DNA from: Candidatus Levyibacteriota bacterium
GTDB lineage: Bacteria > Patescibacteriota > Microgenomatia > Levybacterales > UBA12049
Assembly: GCA_030651475.1 (NCBI GenBank)
Contig: JAUSEW010000002.1
Span: 83,927 to 147,926, forward strand
Direction of reading: 5' to 3'
Length of the DNA: 64,000 nucleotides
Shown: piece by piece, positions 32,331-41,085 of the stretch
Layout: every line of letters starts with the position of its first letter
How positions within the stretch are numbered: the stretch's first letter is position 1
Translations under genes and position numbers: made by a program
The notes under the pieces: model-generated
The model's input: the letters and a program-made list of their open reading frames with translations, nothing else
The model's database searches: none
Told to the model about the DNA's origin: nothing

Positions 32331-32856
32331 CGACATTAATCTTCTGGTAGGAAAGGACGCTAACTATTTACGGCAGAAAAAATTACTGTCGTTGGTAAGG
32401 CTAATGGCATTTGCTTCATTAGGAATAGTTGCTTTACTTTCGGTAATTGCTTTTTTTCTAAATAGCCAATTCTCCCCGACCGAAGTCAAAAAGGAAGAAG
32501 ACGTAATTCTGCAGAATCTTTCCACACTTAGCAAAAAACAAGCAAAACTTTTTATAATAAACAACAGAATTCAGAACATTACAACGATATTAAATAGCAG
32601 GGTGGATTATTATAAAATTTTGAATTTTATTATAGGTAAGATTCCGGCAGAAGTTTCCATAGATAGGATAGAGGTTGATAAGAAAAAGATTTCACTGACG
32701 ATATCTTCCAATTCTTTAATCCCGATAAATACATTAATTAACAATTTCGTAGATATGGTAAGAAAAAAAGAAACAATTACTTCGTTAACGCTTAATTCCT
32801 TAACCTTGAGCGTAAAGACAAGTAAATATTCAATCTCTTTAGATGCGAGTTTATAA
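32323..32856 (+). CDS. pilN: PilN-like protein
   Basis: INLL motif, TM, coiled coil; follows pilM. Confidence 0.75.
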   Translation: MINDINLLVGKDANYLRQKKLLSLVRLMAFASLGIVALLSVIAFFLNSQFSPTEVKKEEDVILQNLSTLSKKQAKLFIINNRIQNITTILNSRVDYYKILNFIIGKIPAEVSIDRIEVDKKKISLTISSNSLIPINTLINNFVDMVRKKETITSLTLNSLTLSVKTSKYSISLDASL

Positions 32857-32859
32857 ATT

Positions 32860-33570
32860 ATGAATAATAAAGTAAATATCGACGCTGACACTCTAAAATT
32901 TCTCTACACAAAATATAAAGAATTTCTGGTTCCGGTAATGGTAATGATTGTCTCTATAATTCTTCTGATCGTGTTTGTAGTTCCTCAATTCCTAATTTTT
33001 TTATCAAATATAGATACAATGAAAACAGAAAACTCCAAACTTTCCGTATTAAAAAATAATTTAAATATTATTACAAGCGCTAACGATTCAATTCTGGATT
33101 CGCAGCTAAAAATTACAAGTGCAGCTTTACCCTTAACTAAAGATTATACGGGAATACTAAACGCGCTCGCTACCTCCTCAAGGATATCGGGAGCGTCTTT
33201 AGGGACTTTTGAGTTTCAGGTTGGGGACGTATCTCAAACACAACAAAATCAATCCGGTTTCCCATTTCTAAAAATGACGTTAAATGTAGGCGGAGATATG
33301 AAAACTATTAACAATTTTATTAATTCACTTTCGCAAACACTTCCCTTATCCGAAATTACAGGAGTAATTATCAATAATGACTTTTCAACTATCAACCTTT
33401 CTTTTTACTACAAACCTGTTCCCGCTAATGCTATCAGTAATAATTTACCTATTAATGCAGTTTCGAAAGAAGGTTTTAATCTAATTAGCAAGCTGTCTTC
33501 ATTTAGCAATTCTTCTGTGAGTTTGCCTTTATATAATGCGTCTCCAAGTAGCAGAACTAATCCTTTTTAG
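32860..33570 (+). CDS. pilO: PilO-like protein
   Basis: TM, coiled coil, ALP motif, C-terminal RTNPF. Confidence 0.7.
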   Translation: MNNKVNIDADTLKFLYTKYKEFLVPVMVMIVSIILLIVFVVPQFLIFLSNIDTMKTENSKLSVLKNNLNIITSANDSILDSQLKITSAALPLTKDYTGILNALATSSRISGASLGTFEFQVGDVSQTQQNQSGFPFLKMTLNVGGDMKTINNFINSLSQTLPLSEITGVIINNDFSTINLSFYYKPVPANAISNNLPINAVSKEGFNLISKLSSFSNSSVSLPLYNASPSSRTNPF

Positions 33571-34249
33571 ACGGTTTTCTTAGAAGATCAGGGCGAAGCT
33601 TTTTAGTAATTTTCAGCGATTGATTCTTTCTCCAATTATCAATTTCCGCATGATTGCCCGAAAGAAGTACTTTTGGAACCGTCAATTTTTTATATTCTTG
33701 CGGTCTAGTGTATTGAGGATATTCGAGATAATCGGAAAAAGATTCCGTATCGGTAACGCCTTTCTTAAGAACTCCAGGTAATAGCCTAATCACGGTATCC
33801 GCCACAAGCATTACGGGAATTTCTCCTCCGGTAACGATAAAGTCCCCGATTGAAATTTTCTCGTCGATAAATTTTTCTATTCTTTCATCTACTCCTTCGT
33901 AATGTCCGCAGACAAGAATTAAATGCTTAAGTTTGGATAATTGTTCTGCTTTTTTCTGATTAAGGGTTTTGCCGTGCGGATCAAGAAGAATTACTTTCTG
34001 CTCATCCTTTTTTAGTGTTTTATTCTTAGCGTTTTCTATTGCTTTTGCCAAAACATCAACCCTTATCACCATTCCCAATCCCCCACCGTAAGGCTTATCG
34101 TCAACGCTTTTATGCTTCCCGATTCCGTAATCCCGAATATCGACAAAATTTATTTTGACCTTTTTTTCCGCAATTGCATTTTTGATAATTGAGTAAGCAA
34201 AAGGAGAACTAAACATTTCGGGGAATAAAGTAAGAATTGAGATAGTCAT
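33557..34249 (-). CDS. trmD: tRNA (guanine37-N1)-methyltransferase
   Basis: TLFPEMF, DDKPYGGG, CGHYEGVDER, EYPQYTRP, LSGNH. Confidence 0.97.
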   Translation of the reverse strand: MTISILTLFPEMFSSPFAYSIIKNAIAEKKVKINFVDIRDYGIGKHKSVDDKPYGGGLGMVIRVDVLAKAIENAKNKTLKKDEQKVILLDPHGKTLNQKKAEQLSKLKHLILVCGHYEGVDERIEKFIDEKISIGDFIVTGGEIPVMLVADTVIRLLPGVLKKGVTDTESFSDYLEYPQYTRPQEYKKLTVPKVLLSGNHAEIDNWRKNQSLKITKKLRPDLLRKPSKKD

Positions 34250-34252
34250 CTT

Positions 34253-34495
34253 TTACTGTTTGGGGGTTTCAAAAAGAGAAACATTTATTCTTTTGTTTTG
34301 TTTTATTGCCGGTATCCTCATAAGATTTCTGATAGCTCTGATGACTTTGCCATTTTTCCCTATAATTTTTCCCATATCTTCCTCAGCGACTTTAATCGTG
34401 AAGGTTATCATTCCATCTACCTCTTCCTCGTTTATCTCTATCTCTTTTGGATTATCCACTATTGAAGATACGATGTATTGTAAAGCTTTTTTCAT
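34253..34495 (-). CDS. khpA: KH-domain RNA-binding protein
   Basis: DMGKIIGKNG..IRAIR; next to rpsP. Confidence 0.9.
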   Translation of the reverse strand: MKKALQYIVSSIVDNPKEIEINEEEVDGMITFTIKVAEEDMGKIIGKNGKVIRAIRNLMRIPAIKQNKRINVSLFETPKQ

Positions 34496-34722
34496 GATTT
34501 CAATAATTGCGTAACGCTTGGAGTAGGTTGGGCTCCTTTAGAAATCCAATAATCATATCTTGCTTTGTCTATCTTCTTATTCATTGAGTTAACTCTTTTT
34601 TCGTACCAACCCAATGTCTCAATAGGCTTCCCATTACGTCTAGATCGTTTTTCCTTAACGACTACACGAAATCGGTTTTCGCCTTTTCTTCCCATCTTTG
34701 CTAATCTAATTACAACTGACAT
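34492..34722 (-). CDS. rpsP: 30S ribosomal protein S16
   Basis: VIRL...G, IETLGWY, GAQPT. Confidence 0.95.
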   Translation of the reverse strand: MSVVIRLAKMGRKGENRFRVVVKEKRSRRNGKPIETLGWYEKRVNSMNKKIDKARYDYWISKGAQPTPSVTQLLKS

Positions 34723-34737
34723 AAGCTAATTTTACCA

Positions 34738-35394
34738 TTATTTGCCGATCTTCTCAAGGGCTTCCTTTGCAGCATTTTCTTCTGCCTCTTGTTTTGATTT
34801 TCCGGTTCCTTCCCCGTATATTTTTTCTTTCACGAAAACAGCTACGCTGAATAATTTTGCATGAGAAGGACCGGCTTCCCTCATTACTTTATAAATTGGT
34901 GAACTTTTCATTTTTGATTGGACTAATTCCTGAAGAAGGCTTTTAGGATCTTTAAGAGAACCCTCTATCAGATCTTCCAGCTTATTCAATAAGACATTTT
35001 TTATAAATTCAGATACGGTTTCTAAACCTTGATCTATGAAAAGCGCGCCGACAAATGCCTCGAAACTGTCTGCCAAAAGGCTTTGGTTTTGTCTTCCTTT
35101 TGATTCTTCTTCCCCTTTTGATAGCAATAGCAATTCTCCGAAATTCAATTCTTTGGCTGCTATGGCCAAGCTTTTGGTATTCACGATAAGAGAACGCAGA
35201 TTGGTTAGCTTGCCCTCATCATAATCTTCGTATTTCTTAAAAAGAAAATTCGATACGACAAGAGATATTATGCTATCCCCCAAGAATTCCAAGCGTTCGT
35301 TGGAAGGAATTTTTTCTTTTGCCTCATTCAAGTATGATCGATGCGTAAAAGCCTGTTTAAAAAGTTTAGAATTATTTATTTTTGGAAGATTCAT
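34738..35394 (-). CDS. rnc: Ribonuclease III
   Basis: NERLEFLGDS, AD.FEA, dsRBD; start set at MNLPK. Confidence 0.96.
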   Translation of the reverse strand: MNLPKINNSKLFKQAFTHRSYLNEAKEKIPSNERLEFLGDSIISLVVSNFLFKKYEDYDEGKLTNLRSLIVNTKSLAIAAKELNFGELLLLSKGEEESKGRQNQSLLADSFEAFVGALFIDQGLETVSEFIKNVLLNKLEDLIEGSLKDPKSLLQELVQSKMKSSPIYKVMREAGPSHAKLFSVAVFVKEKIYGEGTGKSKQEAEENAAKEALEKIGK

Positions 35395-35737
35395 ACAGAA
35401 CAACCTTTCCCAGCGCCCCATTAATAAATGATGGGCCGGTATCTCCGGAATATTCTTTGGCCAATTCTATTGCTTCATCAATGATTACTTTTGGTGGTTC
35501 TTTCTTCTCTACCAAAAGTTCAAATACCGCCAGTCTTAGAATTGCCAGATCAACTTTATTGATTTTGTCAATTGGAAATTCAGGTGCTGCTTCTACGATT
35601 GTCTTATCAATAAGCGTTTTTTCTAGAAAAATAGCTTTGGCTAATTCGCTTGATCTTTGTTTATGGAAATCTATCTTAAATAATTCTTCGACAAGCTTCT
35701 GGCGTTTTTTATGTCGGGGGTCTAGAGCGCTTTTCAT
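35372..35737 (-). CDS. nusB: Transcription antitermination factor NusB (short form)
   Basis: DLAILRLA..E, VIIDEAIELAKEY, FINGALG. Confidence 0.93.
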   Translation of the reverse strand: MKSALDPRHKKRQKLVEELFKIDFHKQRSSELAKAIFLEKTLIDKTIVEAAPEFPIDKINKVDLAILRLAVFELLVEKKEPPKVIIDEAIELAKEYSGDTGPSFINGALGKVVLYESSKNK

Positions 35738-35946
35738 GCGGTTTTATCTTCTTTGCTCTTTTCTTTTTCCTTGAGAGCAACAACTCTTTTACCTTTGTAG
35801 AAACCGCAGTATTTGCAGATAACATGGGGCAAAATTACTTCTTTGCAGTTTAGACAACGGATGAAACTCGGGCGTTCAAGCTTTATAACTGCTCTTCTTT
35901 TGCCCTGTCTTGCCCGTGAATGTCTTTTTTTCGGTTCTTGCGGCAT
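35734..35946 (-). CDS. rpmF: 50S ribosomal protein L32
   Basis: PKKRHS..R..KRR, CxxC...HxxCxxCG.Y.G. Confidence 0.95.
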   Translation of the reverse strand: MPQEPKKRHSRARQGKRRAVIKLERPSFIRCLNCKEVILPHVICKYCGFYKGKRVVALKEKEKSKEDKTA

Positions 35947-35988
35947 GCCTATTATTGTATATTATTCCCTATATTTTCGCAATACCTT

Positions 35989-38088
35989 TTAGTCGGGAGA
36001 TATTGTTTTGTTTTTAGCGCTTAAGATTTTCGCCAGAAGCAGCGGATATGCATCTAGTTTGGGGAAGATTTTTTCTGCTTCTTTTTTGGCCTTTTCAATT
36101 AAGGCAAAATCCGAAAAACTGGCTATTTTAAGCAAGGGTTGTCCGTGCTGCATAGTGCCGTATAATTCCCCATGGCCTCTTAATTTTAAATCCAGTTGGG
36201 CAAGTTCGTTGCCCAAAGACAAGGTTTCCATAGCTTTTAATCTTTCAACAGTTTTTGGATTTTTTGATTGAGTGAATAACAAACAATATGCTTGAGCATC
36301 GCTTCTTCCTACTCTTCCGCGCAGCTGATGCAATTGGGCAAGTCCGAAGCGTTCGGCTTCCTCAATGAGAATGATATTGGCATTTGGAATATCAATTCCA
36401 ACTTCTACAACTGGCGTTGCTACCAGAATATCTAATTTTCTATCCTTAAATTTCTTAAGTACTTCTTCTTTTTCTTTTGCCTTTAACCTGCCATGCAAAA
36501 TACCTAATTTCAAGTTCGGAAAAACAGTATTTTTAAGCAGTTCATATTCCTTAGTTGCTGCCCTGACGGTTTTTAGAGTTTCGGATTCTTCTATAAAAGG
36601 GCAAATGATAAAAGCTTGCATTTTTGTATTTTTGATTTGTTTCTCAATCCATAAATAAGCATTTTTTCTTTTTTCCGCAGGAACAAGCCAAGTTTTTGTC
36701 TTTCTTCTTCCTTTCGGCATTTCGTCCAAGAAAGACAGGTCCAGATCTCCATACATAGTTAAAGCAATAGTTCTTGGTATTGGCGTTGCAGTCATAGAAA
36801 GAAGATGGGGATTTTTGCCTTTTTTTCTGATTATTGCTCTTTGCTCCACTCCGAAACGTTGCTGTTCATCAATTACAACCAAGCCCAATTTGTCCATGCT
36901 CCTTTTGTCGTATAGCAATGCGTGTGTTCCAACTAATATATCAGTCTTGTCTTTTGAATCATGAATCACGAATTGTGAATTATGGTTTGTCTCGTTCTTT
37001 ATCTTTATTCCTGATTCTTTATTCATAATTCTTTTCCTCGTAGATCCTGTTACTAAGCCTACTTTTACGTCAAATGGAGAAAGAAGTTTGGAAATAGTGT
37101 CGTAATGCTGCTGCGCCAGGATTTCCGTAGGCGCCAGAAGAACAGATTGAAAACCGTTTAAGAACGCTACGTACATGGTAATTGCAGAAACTACAGTTTT
37201 ACCGCTTCCCACATCTCCTTGCAAAAGTCTGTTCATTGGTTTCGTAGACGCAATATCTGCAAAAATTTCTCTTAACGTTCGTTTTTGGGCATTGGTTAAT
37301 ACAAATGGCAGTTTGGCATAAAATTTATCTATCTTATCTTGGTATAAATCTATTTTGAAAGGGTTACCGGCTAAATTTTGCTTCCACTCTTTTCTTCTGC
37401 TTAATGCGCCAATCTGCATAAGAAAAAGCTCGTCGAAAGATAAACGAAGCCTTGCTTTTTCTGCCAAATCCAAATTTTTAGGAAAATGAATTTCTTTAAT
37501 TGCCTTAGGGAACCCTAGCATTTGATTATCCGAAATTATTGAGTAAGGAAGATACTCGAATAGTTTATGTCTGCAATCACTAATTATTTTATTAACTTGA
37601 CGGCGTAACCACTTAGAAGAAATACCTCTTGTTTCCGGATATATCGGAACCAATCTCCCCGTGTGAATGGTTTCATCTTTGTAGTTTAGCAGTATTTCGT
37701 ATTCAGGCGATTGCAGCAGCAGTTTATTTCTATAAATATCGGCTTTGCCGGAAACAGAGATCTTGTCTTCCTCTTTCATTAAATTTAATAAAAATGGCTG
37801 GTTAAACCAGATAATATCTAATTCTCCTGTTCTGTCTTTCATTCTTGCTTTTTGCAGTGTTTTCCAATTTCTCGTGCGTTGGTTCTTAATTTCCAGAACC
37901 TCGCCTTTTACAGTAACTGTTTCTCCTGCTTGGATATTGGCGATACTTGAGATTATTGAAAAATCTTCATACCTGGAAGGAACGTGATAAAGAAAATCTT
38001 CCAAGGTTTTAATGCCAAGCTTCTCTAGTCTTTTGGCGTACATTGTGTAGGCTTTGGAAACTTCCCTAACCGGCGTTTTTAATTCCAT
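35989..38088 (-). CDS. recG: ATP-dependent DNA helicase RecG
   Basis: QGDVGSGKT, DEQQRFG, TATPIPRT, QLRGRVGR; start set at MELKTP. Confidence 0.96.
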   Translation of the reverse strand: MELKTPVREVSKAYTMYAKRLEKLGIKTLEDFLYHVPSRYEDFSIISSIANIQAGETVTVKGEVLEIKNQRTRNWKTLQKARMKDRTGELDIIWFNQPFLLNLMKEEDKISVSGKADIYRNKLLLQSPEYEILLNYKDETIHTGRLVPIYPETRGISSKWLRRQVNKIISDCRHKLFEYLPYSIISDNQMLGFPKAIKEIHFPKNLDLAEKARLRLSFDELFLMQIGALSRRKEWKQNLAGNPFKIDLYQDKIDKFYAKLPFVLTNAQKRTLREIFADIASTKPMNRLLQGDVGSGKTVVSAITMYVAFLNGFQSVLLAPTEILAQQHYDTISKLLSPFDVKVGLVTGSTRKRIMNKESGIKIKNETNHNSQFVIHDSKDKTDILVGTHALLYDKRSMDKLGLVVIDEQQRFGVEQRAIIRKKGKNPHLLSMTATPIPRTIALTMYGDLDLSFLDEMPKGRRKTKTWLVPAEKRKNAYLWIEKQIKNTKMQAFIICPFIEESETLKTVRAATKEYELLKNTVFPNLKLGILHGRLKAKEKEEVLKKFKDRKLDILVATPVVEVGIDIPNANIILIEEAERFGLAQLHQLRGRVGRSDAQAYCLLFTQSKNPKTVERLKAMETLSLGNELAQLDLKLRGHGELYGTMQHGQPLLKIASFSDFALIEKAKKEAEKIFPKLDAYPLLLAKILSAKNKTISPD

Positions 38089-38095
38089 ACACTGT

Positions 38096-38197
38096 CTAAA
38101 GGGCAAGGAATGGAAGAATGGATGTCGCAATAAGCGCAATGGAAGCAATAGCAACTATAATTTTCCAAATCCATTGATGTTTTCTAAACATTTCCAT
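38096..38197 (-). CDS. 33-aa single-TM mini-protein (MEMFRKHQWIWKIIVAIASIALIATSILPFLAL), not in ORF track
   Basis: Preceded by TGCTAGAAT-N6-ATG; ends 7 nt before the recG start. Confidence 0.65.
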   Translation of the reverse strand: MEMFRKHQWIWKIIVAIASIALIATSILPFLAL

Positions 38198-38250
38198 AAG
38201 TATATTCTAGCATAAGGTTGGTAATTTTGCATTTCGGATCTAGATTTCGG

Positions 38251-39816
38251 TTAATGCCAGAAGGCGCGGCGGTTGGTGAAAACCATTACCATTTTGCACT
38301 TATTAGCAGTATCAATGGACATTTTATCATTGATTGATCCCCCTTGTTGTATAATTGCCGAAATTCCTTTTTTAGCAGCCAATTTTATTGAATCATCAAA
38401 AGGGAAAAAACTATCGCTTGCCAGAATTGCTCCTTTGGCGTATTTTCCTGCCTGCTCAAGGGCAATTTTAGTACTTCTTACTCTTGATGTTTGTCCTGAA
38501 CCGATACCTCTGGTCATGGGTAAATTTTTATCAACAATAATAACAGCATTAGAACGGATTCTGGAGATAAAGTTCCAAGCAATTTTCATGAGCGTCAATT
38601 GTTTTTTTGTCGGCTGTATTTTCGTAACGGTTTTCCAATCTTTAAATCCTTTTTCAAGATGGTTGTCTTCTGTTTGTATTACCAATCCGCCGTTGACCCA
38701 TTTGATATTTTCCTGATACTTTCTCTTTTGATAAATTTCCCCAAAGGTATAAATGCCCATAGATTTCCTAATCTTTTTAAGATATCCAAGGGCATTTTGA
38801 TTGATTTTAGGTACGGCGACAATGTCAATGTTAGAGCGTCTTAAGTCTTTAAAATCTCCAATAATTTTTGCGGTAGCTAAGTCCATATTCTTATTGATTA
38901 CAATAATTCCTCCGAATGCAGATTCTGGATCTGCCTCAATTGCCCTTGATAAAGCTTCTTTTGTTGTCTTCCCCAACGCAATACCGCACGGACTATTATG
39001 TTTAATAACTACAGCGGCAGGTTCTCTAAAAAATCTCAAAGATTCCAATCCAGCATTGATATCGGTAATGTTAACCAAAGATAATTCCCTGCCCCATTGG
39101 CGCTTTAGATTATTTAACGGAGAATTATTGTTAGGATACATATAGAGCGAAGCTTTCTGATGAGGGTTTTCTCCGTAGCGAAGATTTATTTTTTTTCGAA
39201 GAGCAATACTTAGCTCTTGAGGAAATAACTCTTTGTTAAAAAATCTTGCAATCTGTGAGTCATAAAAAGACAGATGATAGAAGGCTTTAGCCGCTAGTTT
39301 TTGGCGGAACGTTTCAGTGATAGATGTTTTTGAAAGTATGCTGCCGATTCTTTGGTAATCTTTTGGATCGACAATTACCAGGACATTTCTGAAATTTTTT
39401 GCCGCGGCTCTGACCATCGTTGGTCCGCCAACATCAATATTTTCTATGGCGTCAGCAAATGTAATTTTTGGATTTGCAATAGTTTGTTCGAAGGGATAAA
39501 GATTGCAAACGACAATATCGATAGGTTTAATATCCAACGCCTTCGCCTCTTTTATATGTTTTGGGTTTTTTCTGTCAAATAAAATTCCTCCTTCAGTCTG
39601 AAAGCTTATCGTTTTCATTCGCCCATCAAAACTCTCCGGATTGCCAGTAATTTCTTGAATCGGGATAACAGGAATTTTATTCTCGGACAAAACTTTGGCT
39701 GTTCCGCCGGTTGAAATAATTTTATAGTCTAGGGAGACTATTAAGCGGGCAAAATCAACAATCCCTGTTTTATCATAAACGCTCAAAAGCGCGTATCTTG
39801 CAGTTCGTTTTGCCAT
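38251..39816 (-). CDS. purH: AICAR transformylase/IMP cyclohydrolase
   Basis: ALLSVYDKTG, STGGT, IDVGGP, LRYGENPHQ, ASDSFFPF. Confidence 0.96.
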   Translation of the reverse strand: MAKRTARYALLSVYDKTGIVDFARLIVSLDYKIISTGGTAKVLSENKIPVIPIQEITGNPESFDGRMKTISFQTEGGILFDRKNPKHIKEAKALDIKPIDIVVCNLYPFEQTIANPKITFADAIENIDVGGPTMVRAAAKNFRNVLVIVDPKDYQRIGSILSKTSITETFRQKLAAKAFYHLSFYDSQIARFFNKELFPQELSIALRKKINLRYGENPHQKASLYMYPNNNSPLNNLKRQWGRELSLVNITDINAGLESLRFFREPAAVVIKHNSPCGIALGKTTKEALSRAIEADPESAFGGIIVINKNMDLATAKIIGDFKDLRRSNIDIVAVPKINQNALGYLKKIRKSMGIYTFGEIYQKRKYQENIKWVNGGLVIQTEDNHLEKGFKDWKTVTKIQPTKKQLTLMKIAWNFISRIRSNAVIIVDKNLPMTRGIGSGQTSRVRSTKIALEQAGKYAKGAILASDSFFPFDDSIKLAAKKGISAIIQQGGSINDKMSIDTANKCKMVMVFTNRRAFWH

Positions 39817-39818
39817 TT

Positions 39819-41009
39819 CTATTTGGGGGCAGTTTTTATTTTTACAAATTTTCTTTTACCCACTCGAATAAACGCCTCGCCATTTTTTGTTAATGAGTTA
39901 AAAATTACGGTTCCATCCGTTACCTGCTTGTCGTTTACCGTAACTCCTTTTTGTTCAAGTAGTCTTTTCGCTTCTGACTTGCTTGAGACCAAACCGGATT
40001 CAATTAGAACGTCAACAACCGTTTGAGTTTCGTTTATTACTTTCGTTTGAATATCATTAGGCATTTCTTTATTTTGAACAGTTTTTTCAAAATTTTCTTT
40101 CGCGCTTAACGCTTCTTTTTCGTTGTGCAATTCGGTGACGATAATTTTCGCCAATTCCTTTTTTACTTCCATTGGGTTTTTTCCGGACTGAATTTCTTTT
40201 ATCTTTCTAATATCTTCATTTGTTCCGAGAATAAAATATTGGCTGATCAAATCATCATTTATCGCCATAACTTTAGCAAACATATCGTTAGGATTGTCAT
40301 CCAGCCAAATTGCGTTTCCCCAAGTCTTACTCATTTTTCTTCCGTCGGTTCCCATAAGAAATTCCATAGCGATTATAAAAGATTCTTTATTTCTCCAGTT
40401 TTTCTGCAAAGTCCTGCCGGCTTGCATATTAAAAGTTTGATCTGTTCCGCCAATTTGAATGTCGGTATCTAAGAAATAGCTGTCATATCCTTGCATTGCA
40501 GGATATAAAGCTTCATGTAAACCTACCCGTTTTCCCGCATCTATCCGTTTTCTTATTAACTCCCGAGATCCGAAATCTCCGAAAGAAAATTGCTGTGCCA
40601 ACTTTACAATTTCCGGAAATGATAATTTGTTAAGCCATTCGGAATTATAGCGTATCGTAACTTTGGAAAAATCCAAGATTTTTTCTGCCTGTTTTTTGTA
40701 AGTTTTGAAATTCTCCTGTATCTGCTCTGATGTTAGAACAGGCCGTTCGGTGTCTTTATCCGAAGTATCCCCTATCAAAGCTGTAAGGTCGCCGATTAAA
40801 AAAGTGACATTGTGCCCTAATTTAGCGAATTCTTCAAGTTTTCGCAAAACTACAGCATGTCCTAAATGAATTCTGGTTGCTGTTGCATCAATCCCCAAAT
40901 AAACATTCAGTTTTTTGTTGGAAGACAAAGCTTTTCTTAGTTCTTCCTTATTGGAGATAATGTTTGCGACTCCCCTTGTCAATAATTCGTCAATCTTATC
41001 CATATTCAT
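39819..41009 (-). CDS. tyrS: Tyrosine-tRNA ligase
   Basis: HLGH, YPAMQGYD, GGTDQ, KMSKT, S4-like C-terminus. Confidence 0.96.
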   Translation of the reverse strand: MNMDKIDELLTRGVANIISNKEELRKALSSNKKLNVYLGIDATATRIHLGHAVVLRKLEEFAKLGHNVTFLIGDLTALIGDTSDKDTERPVLTSEQIQENFKTYKKQAEKILDFSKVTIRYNSEWLNKLSFPEIVKLAQQFSFGDFGSRELIRKRIDAGKRVGLHEALYPAMQGYDSYFLDTDIQIGGTDQTFNMQAGRTLQKNWRNKESFIIAMEFLMGTDGRKMSKTWGNAIWLDDNPNDMFAKVMAINDDLISQYFILGTNEDIRKIKEIQSGKNPMEVKKELAKIIVTELHNEKEALSAKENFEKTVQNKEMPNDIQTKVINETQTVVDVLIESGLVSSKSEAKRLLEQKGVTVNDKQVTDGTVIFNSLTKNGEAFIRVGKRKFVKIKTAPK

Positions 41010-41085
41010 ATATTACATTTTTTTTGAATTTATGGCAATTATTAAGTCCCTTGATAGGTTTGCTATAGTTAGTTATAATTACTTT

